Below the pieces are notes generated by a model. That model ran no database searches. It was given only the letters and a program-made list of their open reading frames with translations, and was not told where the DNA came from. Below, piece after piece: positions 10,575 through 22,506 of a DNA stretch of 64,000 nucleotides (the stretch's first letter is position 1; every line of letters starts with the position of its first letter). Origin of the DNA: an uncultured Actinomycetes bacterium (GTDB lineage Bacteria > Actinomycetota > Thermoleophilia > RBG-16-64-13); assembly GCA_963816155.1 (NCBI GenBank), contig CAWFJE010000009.1, positions 118,478 through 182,477 on the forward strand, in the 5' to 3' direction. The position numbers and the translations under genes are program-made.

Positions 10575-12208
10575 CCTCCTTCGGCTGGACCATATTCCGC
10601 CGGGGAGCCTTCCGGGCCCCGGCGAGCCGGGCGGTCCTGATCGTTGGTTTGCTGCCGGCCTTGGCGCTGGTGTTCCTCTTGGCCGTTTCGCTCTCCTCGG
10701 CGCTCGCCCACACCTCGAGCTTCCCCGACGTGAGCGAGAGTATCCCGGCCCACGACGGCATCGAGTTCATGACCGCCGCAGGCGTCATCTCCGGCTTCAA
10801 GGACGGCACCTTCCGTCCCGGCGATACCCTCACAAGGGGCCAGGCGACCAAGGTCCTCGTGCTGTGGCAGAACGTGAAGGTGGTCAAGCCGTCGACCCCC
10901 TCCTTCCCCGATCTCGACGACGTCTACAGGGACTACGTCGAAACCGCGGCGGCGCAGGGCTGGATCACGGGCTTCCCCGACTGGTCGTTTTCGTCCGTAT
11001 GTCACCCTCAGTCGGCAGCAGATGGCCATCATCATGGTGAGGGCCATGGGTTGGGACGCCGAGGCGCAGAAGCTTTCGGAATCGAAGATCCAGGGGACTC
11101 TGTCGGCCTTCTCCGATGCCGTGGAGATCGCCAGTGTGGCGCGCCCCTACGTAGCCCTCGCTGTGCAGCGGGGTCTTTTCGGCGGTAGTGGAGACGGCTG
11201 TTTCGCCCCCAGAGACGGCATCACCCGGGCCCAGTTCGCCTTGGTGGTATTCAGAGCCGAACTCAGTCTGCGGGCTGTCATCCAAGAGGTGCGCAGTGGA
11301 GCCGACTACCCCGACAAGACGCGTGTGGTCATCGACCTCTCGCAGGCCCCGGGAAAGTCTCCGTGGCCATCTCCGCCGACGGTACCCTCACGGTCGACTA
11401 CCAGGGGGGTGCCATTGCCGGCACGCTCTCCCAGACGGTGGGTTCGCAAGAGATCAAGTCGTTGGGAGCGCGCCAATACGCCTACGACCCCCGCACGGTT
11501 CGGGTCACGCTCGCTCTTGCCCGCTATGAGACCTTCCGGGTCTTTCTGCTGCCCCCCTCGGAGGGCAAGGGCTACCGTATCGTGGTCGACGTCTTTCGCC
11601 GTTTCGATGGGCCGCTCGGTGATGGTCCTCCCTTGATCTGCGTCGACCCAGGGCACGGCGGCAGCGCCCTCGGAGCCGTAGGCGTGTCGGGGACGCCGGA
11701 GAAGACCATCAACCTGGCCATCTCGTTGCTGTTGGCCAAGGAGCTTGAACGCGCGGGTCTCAGAGTGATCATGACCCGCACCGACGACACCGCCGTCGAA
11801 CTCCGGGCACGTGGAGACATAGCCAACGCGGCCCGGGCCAGCCTCTTCGTGAGCGTGCACAACAACGCCATCAGCAACCCCGACACCAGCGGCACCGAGA
11901 CGTTCTACGAGGGCATAGACAGCGCTTACGATCCCGAGAGCAAGCTGCTTGCGCAGGCTATCCAGGCCAAGCTGATCACGGCTCTCGGCTCCAACAACCG
12001 CGGGGCCAAGACGTGGTATGGCAACACCCTGGCGGTCTTGGACCAATCGACCATGACGGGAGTATTGACGGAGGTGGGATTCATGACCAACGCTGCGGAG
12101 GAGGCGAAGCTTCTCTCCCCCAGCTATCAGCAGAAGGCCGCCCGGGCCATCGCGGACGGTATCCTCGAGTATCTGAAGTGGTCCACCAAGGTGTACACGA
12201 CGGAATAA
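10571..12208 (+). CDS. SLH + AMIN-like + N-acetylmuramoyl-L-alanine amidase (Amidase_3), frameshifts near 10982 and 11355
   Basis: SLH repeats (GFKDGTFRPGDTLTRGQ, ITRAQFA); DPGHGG, EKTINL, SVHNNA and TEVGF catalytic motifs. Start uncertain: in-frame ATA at 10571 follows GGAGG. Confidence 0.85.
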
Positions 12209-12315
12209 CCGTCGGTGGATCGAGTGCAGGCCGCGGGAGAGGATAAGACTCGCGGGAGACGGTAAGATAGACCGACACAGGAACAGGCCCCCGTCGCGAT
12301 GCGACGGAAGAGGCT

Positions 12316-14268
12316 GTGACTTCCTGGGGGAGGGTTCGTTTCTTGAAGCAGGATTGTTTTCGCAAGGCTGAGGAGCGTCCGCGGGCTGCACGTCTCGCCC
12401 TCGTTCTTATCGCCGCGCTCGTCGTCGTCGCTTCCCTGACCGGATCCGTCTTCGCGCCTTCTGTCCGCGCCGCCGATGGGGACTTCGTCTTCACCGGCAG
12501 AGGTTGGGGCCATGGCGTGGGCATGAGCCAGTGGGGCGCCTGGCAGGCAGCCAAGGAAGGCGAGACCTTCGGCGACATTCTTGCCTTCTACTACCCGGGT
12601 ACCAGCCTGGAGTCCATCGACCCGGCTACGGAGCTGAAGGTACGCCTCTCCGCCAACCCCCCGAGCAGTTCGGCCCTCACCTTCGTCCAGGTGGATCTGA
12701 AGCCCTCCGTGACGGACGCCGTCCTCGTCAAGAAGTCGGCCGCCGGGGAAGAGACCGAGATCATCTCGGCCGGTAGTTTCTTCAACGTCTTCGCCGAAGC
12801 GGGCAAGGTCAAGATCGTCACGGCGGACGGCGCGCAGGGCCCCTTCGACCTCGTCGAACTTCGTCCTCTGACGGACGACGGCCGCGTCGCCGTCCAGATG
12901 CGGACCAGCGGCAGCACCTACGAATACCGTGAGTATTGGGGGAAGATCCGGCTGCAGCCCGGTAACGGGAGCGCCGACCTGTGGGTCTACAACTTCGTCC
13001 CCGTCGACAAGTACGTGCGTGATATCGGCGAGGTCGACCTGGGCTGGGCCATGCGCTCGCAACCGGACTATGCTCCCGAGGCGGTGAAGGCCCAGGCCGT
13101 CGCTGCCCGCACCTACGCCGTGGCCAAGAACGGCGCCACGTTGAGCGATGGCTGGCAGGACCAGTACTACGCCGGCTACCGGCTGGAGGCGAAGTACCCG
13201 GGCCTGGCCGAGGCCGCCGAGCAAACGGCCGGCCTGATCCTCACCTACGGGGGCAAACCGGCCTCGACCTACTTCTCAGCCCACTCGGGCGGTTACACCA
13301 CCGACTCGGCTTGGGGAGGGTCGGGCTCAGGCCTGGCCTACATCGTGGCCCAGCCCGATCCCTGGAGTCTGAGGGCGCCGCCCAGTAGCGTGAATTCAGC
13401 CGGCCCCGGCTACAACTGGACCTACACCATCTCGCCCGCGTCATTGTCCGGCAAGGTCAACGGCGGCCTCAAGGATGTCTCCACCGGGAAGACGTTCGAC
13501 GTCGGCCTCCTCGGACGCGTCGAGGTGGCGAGTCGCGACACCGGCGACCCTGGGAGCCATGCCCGCACCGTCCGCCTGACCGGGTCCAAAGGCACAGCCA
13601 CGGTGGCCGCCACGTCTCTCAAGAGCCTCCTGGGACTTCGCTCCACCCTCATCCTCAGCATCAGCGGGGGCGAACCCCTGGCAGTGGGTGAGTTCTACGA
13701 CGTGGGGCGGGGGCACCTGTATCACGACGAGATCGCCCGCATGGTGACGGCCGGACTCATGAACGGCTACACAGGTGGTCTGTACAAGCCCGACGGCTCC
13801 ATCACCCGCTGGCAGTTCGCCAAGATCGCCGTCAACCTCCACAACATCATGCACCCCGAGGATCCGATCGACGTGGTCGACGTGGATTTCGCGCCCTATG
13901 CAGATGTGCCCGCGCGGCCTGGGGTCCCGCTCGATGAGTCCGACTGGGTGGCGGCGGCCAAGAAGGCCGGTCTGGTCACGGGGACGACGGGCAATAACTT
14001 CCAGCCGTACGTGGTCATGCGTCGCGACCACATAGCGGGCATGATCTGTCGGGCTCTCGGCTGGGACGATGAGGCCGCGGCGCTGACCACGACGACCTCG
14101 GGCTTCAGCGACCTCGCGCGCGACAGCCCCTACTGGTCTGCCGCCGCCTATCTGAAGCAGCAGGAGATACTGTTGGGCTATGACGACGGGACCTTACGGC
14201 CCGAGGAGCCCATCAAGCGCCAGCACGTGGCCGTCATCCTGTGCCGGGTCCTCGATCAGGCGGAATAG
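12316..14268 (+). CDS. SpoIID/LytB-domain protein with C-terminal SLH domains
   Basis: GRGWGHGVGMSQWGA, EAVKAQAVAARTYA and LGLRST motifs; SLH motifs GYTGGLYKPDGSITRWQ and GYDDGTLRPEEPIKRQ. Confidence 0.88.
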   Translation: MTSWGRVRFLKQDCFRKAEERPRAARLALVLIAALVVVASLTGSVFAPSVRAADGDFVFTGRGWGHGVGMSQWGAWQAAKEGETFGDILAFYYPGTSLESIDPATELKVRLSANPPSSSALTFVQVDLKPSVTDAVLVKKSAAGEETEIISAGSFFNVFAEAGKVKIVTADGAQGPFDLVELRPLTDDGRVAVQMRTSGSTYEYREYWGKIRLQPGNGSADLWVYNFVPVDKYVRDIGEVDLGWAMRSQPDYAPEAVKAQAVAARTYAVAKNGATLSDGWQDQYYAGYRLEAKYPGLAEAAEQTAGLILTYGGKPASTYFSAHSGGYTTDSAWGGSGSGLAYIVAQPDPWSLRAPPSSVNSAGPGYNWTYTISPASLSGKVNGGLKDVSTGKTFDVGLLGRVEVASRDTGDPGSHARTVRLTGSKGTATVAATSLKSLLGLRSTLILSISGGEPLAVGEFYDVGRGHLYHDEIARMVTAGLMNGYTGGLYKPDGSITRWQFAKIAVNLHNIMHPEDPIDVVDVDFAPYADVPARPGVPLDESDWVAAAKKAGLVTGTTGNNFQPYVVMRRDHIAGMICRALGWDDEAAALTTTTSGFSDLARDSPYWSAAAYLKQQEILLGYDDGTLRPEEPIKRQHVAVILCRVLDQAE

Positions 14269-16242
14269 TGACCGCTCACAGGTCGACAGGCGGAGGTCCA
14301 GCTATCCTCACTCCCCGGCGCGGCGCCTTGGTGGTTGGCGTCTGCCTGCTGCTGGTGTCACTGGTGGTCCTTGCCGGGCCCGTCACCGACGCTCGGGCCA
14401 CGAGCGAGCCTATCCTGGGCAGCACCGAGACCTTCTGGGCCATGGATTGGAGTACGAGCAGCTACAAGCAGATAGAGGCCGAGGTGCGCTTCGTGGGCCA
14501 GCAAGACGTCATCTACGTACACAACAAGGCTCTCATTCCCGACTCGATGGTCGCGGCTCTCGGCACGGCCTTCGACACCGTCGTCTATCCGGCCGTGACG
14601 GCGGCCTACGGGGCGGAGCCGAACCCGGGCATCGACGACGACCCCCGTGTGGTCATTCTCATCTATGACTTCTACAACTCCGCCATAGAGGGTTCGTTCA
14701 ACCCCCGTGACATCCAGCCCAACGGCAGCGCCATCTCCAATCAGCGCGAGATGTTCTATTTGAACCAGCAGGCCATCATCTATGAGCCGCAGAACGCCGG
14801 CGCGCTGGCCGCCCACGAGTTCGCCCATCTTATCCTTCACTACCGCGACATGATGCTTGATCCTTCGCCCCAGGCCGCGCCCGAAGTGGAGTGGCTGACG
14901 GAGGGGTTCACCACTTATGCGGAGCATCTGGCGGGGTACAACGCCCGCGTCCAAAGCCAGCTGCTCGCCTTCACCAACGACCCCGACGTCAGCCTGACCC
15001 GTTGGCTGGGCAATCGGGCCAACTACGGGGCCTCCTACGCCTTCATGCGCTACCTGGCCGACCGGATGGGCCCTGACTTCATCCGCACGTTGGCGGAGCA
15101 ACCCCTGGACGGAGTGGCCGGTCTCAACGCCACCCTGCAGGCCTTCGACGTCTTCCAGACACTTCAGCACTGTCTTCGACGATTGGGTGGTGGCCAACTT
15201 CCTCGACGGGCGCTTGCCCGCGTCTCCACCCTACACATATGGCGATCTCACGGTGGCGCTGCGAACCCTATCGTCCCGGCCGGGGACCTTCCTCTTCTGG
15301 GCACGACGAGGTCAAGGACTACGGCGCGGTCTACATCGACTTCCCGGTCACGTCGCGCGGGGCTTCCTTTCAGGCCGTCATCGACGGGACCGAGCAAGGC
15401 TCCCCTGCAGGCCGCTCTTATCTCCTGGGATTCGGCAGGACTCCTCCTTCCCACGGTCAACGCTTCGACCTTGCCAATCCGGCTATGGGTGGTACGGTGA
15501 ACGCTTCGCCGTTGGGCTACGACCGCACATCTACTGGCTGTGTGGGCGCGAGGCGCGGTGGGATCAGCGCTTTCGCACCAGTTCCGTTACAGCGGTGCCC
15601 CCGATCCGCCGGGCGGGGTCCAGTTCCTGGATATGGGCGGTGAGCGATCACTTCTACGATTATGTGGCTCTGCTCCTGGACGCAAGGAGTAATCAGCGGA
15701 AGAGAGGTTCCTGTGGGTTCCGGCCTGTGGTTCTTCAAGGGCACGGAGAACGTGCTACGCAGGGCCCAGTTCGCCAAGATGGTCATGGAGGCCACCGGGC
15801 TTCACACGCCCGAGGTGGACCAATCTCGACGACCCCGCTTCAAAGACGTCCACCCGACCTACGATCAGGGCGGCAGCCTCAGGTCTACCCCTACGACTAT
15901 GTCGAAGAGGCGGCCGCCCTCGGCATCGTCAGCGGGTTACTCTGATGGCCTCTTCCGGCCCTACACCCCCATCACCCGCAGCCAGTTGGTGCTCATGATC
16001 ATCGCGGGGCGCCGCCGCGGACGGCGCCGCTTCCGCCTATACGAAGGGAGCGAGAAGAGTGTTCGTCGACGTGCTCCCCTCGCACCCGCGCTACCGCGAG
16101 ATCATGACCGCCTAAGCGGCCGGGATCCTGAGCGGCAGCCAGGGTTCCGACGGGCGTCTGGTACTTCTATCCCGACTCGCCGGCCAGCCGGAGCCATGTG
16201 GCCAAGATGACGGCCAAGCTCTGTGAGCATCTGGACCGCTGA
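14268..16242 (+). CDS. Secreted HExxH zinc metallopeptidase (M30/M6-like) with C-terminal SLH domains; multiple frameshifts after 15160
   Basis: LAAHEFAHLI...WLTEG motif; SLH fragments in alternating frames (RAQFAKMV, YPYDYVEE, GYSDGLFRPYTPITRSQ). Confidence 0.75.
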
Positions 16243-16329
16243 GCGGCTCCCGCCACGCCTGTCCGATCCTTCGCGGAGACTGCCGGTCTCTCGCGGGGCG
16301 CGTGTGTCGGGTCCGGCCCATCGTCTATC

Positions 16330-17136
16330 ATGAAAACTAACATGGCCAGACTCCGTCGTCCACGCGCCTCCCCGGAAGTACAGGCGACAGACTCGCTGAT
16401 CGCCGCCTACGCCGGGTTTCCCGACGACCCCACGCCGAGCGACGCCGGCGCTCTTGCCTCCATCGACTCCGAGACGGTGGCCATCGGCGGAGTCCCCGCT
16501 GACCGCCCCGCTGACGGCCCTGGTGGCGCCCCCACCTTCACCGATCTGCTGCCCGACGTCCAGGTGCCCGAGCGTGACCGCCGGCGCGAGCAGCGACTGG
16601 TCCAGGCTGCCTGCCGGGGCGAGGAGTCGGCCATCGAGGCTCTCTATCGCACTCACTACGACACCATCTATCGCTACATCCTGCTCCGTGTCGGCTCCCG
16701 CTCCACCGCCGAAGACGTCACCAGCCAGGTCTTCCTGGGGATGGTGCGGGGACTCGGGCGTTATTCCGACGAGGGCAAGCCGTTTGTGGCCTGGCTCTAC
16801 GGGATAGCCCAGAAGCAGGTAGCCTTCTTCATGCGCGGCCACAGTCGGGCACCCAGCGCCGTGGACCTCGACGCCGTCGTCGAACTGGCCGCCGACAGCG
16901 CCGGGCCGCTCGCGACGGCCGAACAGCGGGAACTGCGCGGTGCGATCGCCCGAGCCCTCGCGAAGGTGCCGGACGGCCAGCGCGAGGTCCTCATGCTGCG
17001 CTACATCCTCTCGTTGTCGGTGGCCGAGACGGCCGCGGTCGTGGGTCGCTCGGAGGGGGCGGTCAAGCAGTTGCAGCTCCGGGGGCTGACCACCCTCAAG
17101 GGCATCCTCGGCCGGGGGGGCTTTGACCTTCGCTGA
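16330..17136 (+). CDS. ECF-type sigma-70 factor
   Basis: AEDVTSQVF, FVAWLYGIA and region 4 REVLMLRY...SVAETAAVVGRSEGAVKQLQLRGL; the true start may be downstream. Confidence 0.9.
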   Translation: MKTNMARLRRPRASPEVQATDSLIAAYAGFPDDPTPSDAGALASIDSETVAIGGVPADRPADGPGGAPTFTDLLPDVQVPERDRRREQRLVQAACRGEESAIEALYRTHYDTIYRYILLRVGSRSTAEDVTSQVFLGMVRGLGRYSDEGKPFVAWLYGIAQKQVAFFMRGHSRAPSAVDLDAVVELAADSAGPLATAEQRELRGAIARALAKVPDGQREVLMLRYILSLSVAETAAVVGRSEGAVKQLQLRGLTTLKGILGRGGFDLR

Positions 17137-17193
17137 CAAAACACACCCGACGTAACTTTTCGGCGGCTGCGGCAATAGAGTCTCTGATAAACC

Positions 17194-18271
17194 ATGTTCA
17201 GAGACATATTTGACAGACTGGGAGCAGCGATCACCGGCAAGCGCGACGAGCGCGGGCCTTCCGTTGTCCTCGAGGCAAAAGAGGCGGTTACGCCTTCTGC
17301 TCCTCAACCCGAGATCCCCATCGAAGACTCCTTCGTGGCGCTTGGCCGCGAACTGTCGGGGCTGACCACCGTCCAGGCCTCTCAGGCAGCCAAGGAACGC
17401 GGTTGGGCATCGCTCCAACGCGAGCTCGAACGCCGCCCCGTGCGGAGAACGGCGCCGGCAGTCAATGGCGCCGGGGTCAAAGGCGTCGTCACAGCCGGCA
17501 CGCGGCCCGCTACAGCCCAGTTGAGCCGCTTCCGCTGGCCCCTGGCCTCAGCGGCCGCGGTCGTGGTCGTAGTCGCCGCGGTCCTCATCGGCACCTACGG
17601 CGGCGGGCCTGCCCAGATGGCTGGCACCGATCCGACCACGCCCACCTCTGTGGTGAGTCCTGACACCACGGCTCCTGATCACGGGCACCGCCCCGGTCAC
17701 CTCCGATACCTCTCTACCCAGCACGACGGTGAGCACCGAGGCGCCCAGCAGCACCGAGCCCTCGCAGCCCGAGACCACGGTAGACGTCACAACGCCGGGT
17801 TCGAGCGGTGGCAGTACCGGAGGCACCACGACCCCCACCACATCCGGCGGCTCCAGCGGCGGTCCGTCCCCGCAGACGACGCAGCCCCCGCGTACCACCA
17901 CCACGGGCGAGACCATGGATGCAGCCGCCCAGCGTGAGGGCTCCGCCAAGGCCGCGGCCGCCTATCTGGCCAACGTCGTCCTCACAGGCGACACGTCGGG
18001 TGCTCGTGGCCTCGTGGCCTCCGAGGCACAGAGTTCTCTCGCTCAAATGGTTATGTCCCTCAGCGATCCGTTCGGCTACAGGATCCCCACCTCCGGCATC
18101 AAGTCGCTCAGCGGCGACACGGTTAGGGTCACGGTGGAGATCGACGACAGGGTCCTCACCGGCAACGGCGAATTGGTTGAGATGGTGAAGACCTTCTACA
18201 TCCGAGTGCGCGTCGGTGACGACGGTGCCGTGATCACCGCCATCAACGCGGGGCCTGTGAGGGAGCCGTGA
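17194..18271 (+). CDS. Putative membrane anti-sigma factor (cytoplasmic domain, one TM helix, Thr/Ser-rich linker, extracellular domain); frameshift near 17690
   Basis: Directly downstream of the ECF sigma; TM segment AAAVVVVVAAVLIG; continues in ORF 17729-18271. Confidence 0.6.
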
Positions 18272-18437
18272 GCATGAAGGCCGACCACCCAAGCGTCCTG
18301 CGGTACAATTCTTCGACAGTCCGTGCAGCCTCGCTGCACTTTTCTGGTTGTCTGCAATGGCCACGGAGCCTTGCCGCTCCTGGCCCTGACAGAGTTTGCC
18401 ACCCCGCGTTGGTAGGCGCGGGCGTGAGCCCATTTGG

Positions 18438-18449
18438 GAAAGGAGGTGA
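18438..18449 (+). promoter_or_regulatory. Strong Shine-Dalgarno-like element without a downstream start codon (candidate STAB-SD) in the S-layer leader
   Basis: GAAAGGAGGTGA about 90 nt upstream of the ATG at 18540, followed by an imperfect hairpin (TTCCTACT...AGTAGGAA). Confidence 0.45.
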
Positions 18450-18539
18450 CTCGTTCTTTCTTCCTACTACTACCGCTTTCTTCAGTAGGAAACGGCAAGA
18501 ACTATCTCTATGAGCAAACAAGTAATGAGGAGTGAAATC

Positions 18540-21500
18540 ATGCAGAAACGCACCCTTAAGGTGGCGCTTCTGGCCGTCGTCGCCCTCGTCCTGGTGCTGG
18601 GCTTCTCCGGAACCGCTCTCGCGGCCACCTGGAGTGATCTGCCCGCGACGGTGACTGCCAAGTATGGCATCACCAACGACCAGGTAGCGGCGATATCCGA
18701 CGGCTACCCTGACGGCACCTGGCGGCCGTTCGTGAGCGTCAGCCGTGAGCAGTACGCCAAGATGGCGGTCTTAGCCTTTGACATCCCCTTGATGAACCCG
18801 GCCACGCCCAGCTTCTCGGACGTGCCCAAGACCAACATCTTCTATCAGTACATCGAGGGCGCCAAAGCAGCCGGCATCATCAACGGCTCCACCGGCGCAC
18901 TTTCATGCCCAAGGCCACCATCACCCGTGTGCAGGCCATAGCCATCGTCAGCCGCTACATCGCTGATGTGCAGGGCTACGACTTGGCCACCATGTACACC
19001 CCGACCGAGATCGCCGGCCTGCTCGCCCACTTCGGCGACGCGGCCTCCATCCCGGCTGAATTCAAAGCGGAAGTGGCCTTCGCCTACGACTTCGGCATCA
19101 CCAAGGGTGACGCCTACGGCAACCTGGCCCCGGCCGCCCTTCTCACCCGTATCCAAGGCGCTGCCTTCCTGATCCGGGCCCAGGAGAAAGTCCCGCCGGC
19201 CGTTTGGACTGCCGAGAAGATCGAGATCGTCTCCGGCGACATGGCCGAGAACCTGATCGGCAAGACCCACACGGTCACCTTCAAGGTCACTGACGCCGCC
19301 GGTCATCCGGCCGTGGGCGCGCTGGTCGACTTCGACACCCTGTACGCCAATCCGCTGTATGTCGGCAACATCAGCCCGCAGGCTGCCGTTACCGATAGCT
19401 TCGGCGAGGTGCAGGCCAACCTCGTGAGCCATGAGCCCGGTCACGCAGAAAATCTCCGCGACGGTCATGACCGTCGATGGTGGCCTCGCGACAGTGGTTG
19501 CGACCAAGTACTGGGTCGCCATGGACGAGATCTACATCATGGACGAGGAACGTATGGCTGAGAACAACGCCGGCGACGCCCATGAGTGGGCTGCTCGCGT
19601 CGTGGTCTTCGGCCCCGGCCCGCGTTCGACCAGCCAGTACGACTGGTACAACGTGATCGACGCCACGTTCGACCCGACCGATCTCCAGACCGACGACGGT
19701 TGGTGGTATCAAGGGCCTGAACGACTTCACCGACGAAGCTAGACTTGGCCCCCGACGAGATGGTCCGCACCATGGCCGGCATCGGCGTGCAGTGGAACAT
19801 CGTCAACGTCAAGGAAGCTGTAGTTGGTCCGCCCGCCGTACCGGCTGTTCCCTCCGTGGGTAACATCACCGAACTCGACGGCATGGCTATCACCCCGGCC
19901 AAGTCTGCCCTGGGCATGACTGACGACGAGGGTATTAGCTCCATCACCATCTACTCGGAACAGACCGGCACGACCAAAGTGCAGGCGATGGCTACCTATC
20001 CCGAGAACCCGTATCCGCAGATGCTGATCGATCGCGACACGATAGATGGCAACTGGAATGCCGACGAAGACTGGGAACAGCAGCCCAAGACAGTGGCAAG
20101 CGCCACCAAGCTGTGGATCCCCCACGTCATCGGCGGCGACTCTGACGCTCCGATCACCCCGGCCTACGCCGTGAACAACACGGGCGAAGTCGAGAAATTC
20201 GTGCTCGACGCTGAAAGACGTCTACGGCAACCCCATCGATGGCTACACGGTTCTGTGGGGCATCCAGGGCGTGGGCAGTTCAAGACTGACGGCTCCTCTT
20301 GGACCGGATGGAGAGATCAGCACACGACACCGATGTGACCGACGTGAACGGCAAAGCCAGCGTGTGGGCAAGTCCCTCAAGCCTGGCCAGACAGATCGTC
20401 CACTGCAAAGTCATGGACAAGTACGGCTGCCGTCTTCAAGGAGTGGAACGTCAGCCAAGCAGTGGTACCCGATCGACGAGTGTCGTTCTTGAACGGTCTG
20501 ATGACGACGAGATTCCGCCGGTGCCACAACGACGTCAACGACCGGTCACACCTTCGACGTCGGCCGTCGCCGGTGCGAAGCTCGTCCATGTCCTCTACGA
20601 CGTCAACTGGCAACGGTCTCAACGACGATCGAGGCCATGATCGGCGATCGCGACTGCGCTCGAAAGCCATCAACGGCGGCAACGTCATCGACTGGGAAGG
20701 CCGCGCTGACTACGCGAAGGTTGGCGGCGTCGATCTTCCCGCCGGTCGTGTGCTCTTCTATCACGGCGTAGCCTACACTCGCTTTGCCGACATGGAAATG
20801 GCGGCCAACGAGTTCTGGGTCCGGATGATGAGGGCAACGGCATCGACGAGGTCTGGGCCGGCCTGGCTGGCAAGACCGTCTACTTCTTCAACAACGTCGG
20901 CAGGGGTAGCAATCCTACCTCCAATACGCCGATCCCGACCCAGGTGAACGCGGGCAAAGACATGCCGTTCTGGGTTGGCACCATCACCTCCGTCACCCCG
21001 GTCGTCGACCGATGCCATGGGTATGGCGAGCGTGGCTATCAACTCCACCATGAAAGGCTACCAGTGGGTCTACGCGGTTGCCGACTACATGGACAACCCG
21101 CAGGACGGCAATCCGCTCAAGCCGCTTGAGTGGGCTGAGCTGCGCTACGACTGCCGCCGAGAAGGTGTGGACTCCCGACGTGAGCCGCTCCTCAGAACCC
21201 GGTCATCTACGGCGCTGGTGAGACCTTCGTCGCCGGTAATCGTTGGGTCAACCCCGTCGATCCGGACTGGGCTGGCTACGAACTCGGACAGGGTGAACAG
21301 GCCCGCAGTGAAGAAAGCCCCAACACCCACACGTTCGCCGTCCAGGTCTTCGACCAGTACGGTAACGCTCTTCCGGACTACCGGGTAGAGTTCGAGATAC
21401 TGGGTCAAGGCACCACGACCCAAGGCCAGATGCCGACCTACCACCCGTACGCGCACTTCAGCCAGGTGGAGCAGTCAGGTCCCGATTCCGGCATCTACGA

Positions 21501-22216
21501 CCGTGGCCGCTATGTGGACGCCAATAAGCTGTGGGACAGCCAGGGCGACCCGGCTCAGTACGGCAAAGAAGATGACGACTACGCCATCGGCTATACCCAG
21601 GACTACATGATCGACTTCGAGTTCAGCACCCTTAGCGCCGCTTGGGCGACGATGGTACTGGACGAGTCGTACGATGCTCTCGCCGGCATGTACGAAGGCG
21701 AGGGTCACTTCACCAACATCGTCAACATCAAGGTCTTCTATCCTGAAGACATGGGTGGCGGCCTGTTCAAGCAGTATGAAGTGACCAAGGTGTGGACGCT
21801 GGAAGATGCGGTACTGGAAAGCATCTCCATTGAGGGTGCCCTCACTGACACTGGCCCGTGGTCACAGGATCCGAGGACCATCGATTTGAACGCCTACAGC
21901 AGCGTGTACATTCGTGGCATGGCGCTGGATCAGTTTGGCAACATCTATGATCCTGCCGAGTACAACGATGCCGACCTGAAGGTGCGTGTAGTGAGCAACG
22001 ATCCTGCTTACAACATCATTTGGGCCGGTGCGTTCGCCACGGATGGCGTCACCTACGTGTACGATCCAGATCTCTGGGATCACCGATCCGAACACGGCTA
22101 CGATTCAGGCTTGGATCGATGCTGACGGCGACAACGTCATCGATGCAACCGAAATCCAGAGCAATATCCTGAACGCCGAGTTCATTCTCGGTCCAGGGAT
22201 CGTCCCGGAGCCCTAA
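18540..22216 (+). CDS. Large secreted S-layer-like protein: N-terminal SLH triad and Ig-like beta-rich body; heavily frameshifted
   Basis: Signal peptide ending ALA; GYPDGTWRP..SREQYAK, FSDVP, ITRVQA and LTRIQGA SLH motifs; coding fragments continue to the TAA at 22216; strong terminator follows. Confidence 0.75.
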
Positions 22217-22257
22217 CCGGCTCGCCTGCTCACCGTGTCGTCACCTTGGTGGCGATG

Positions 22258-22292
22258 AAGGAGGCCCGCCGAAAGGCGGGCCTCCTTTCTTC
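22258..22292 (+). terminator. Intrinsic terminator
   Basis: 13-bp stem AAGGAGGCCCGCC-GAAA-GGCGGGCCTCCTT followed by a T-rich tail. Confidence 0.9.
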
Positions 22293-22425
22293 TATTTGTG
22301 CGTGCCGGAACAACCTGAAGAGCGCACACCGCTGAACACAGATGGGGCCTCCTTTCTGACATCCGGATTCCTAACAAGCGAGCAGTCCCCCACATGTCTC
22401 TCCTGGTAGCCCGAGTTCGCCGCAG

Positions 22426-22434
22426 TGCTAGACT
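22426..22434 (+). promoter_or_regulatory. Extended -10 promoter element (TGcTAGACT)
   Basis: TG-n-TAGACT about 70 nt upstream of the ATG at 22507. Confidence 0.4.
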
Positions 22435-22506
22435 GGTTGGGTTCAGCGGTGGTAGCCGGTGCCTCGTGCGGCAGGCGGGCCGAGAACTCGGGCACTAGGA
22501 GGAGAG

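Noticed and set aside
8340-21430. Frameshifts as programmed frameshifting or true pseudogenisation
   Set aside because: Indels are scattered across unrelated genes with intact motifs and no consistent slippery sites; sequencing or consensus error is more parsimonious
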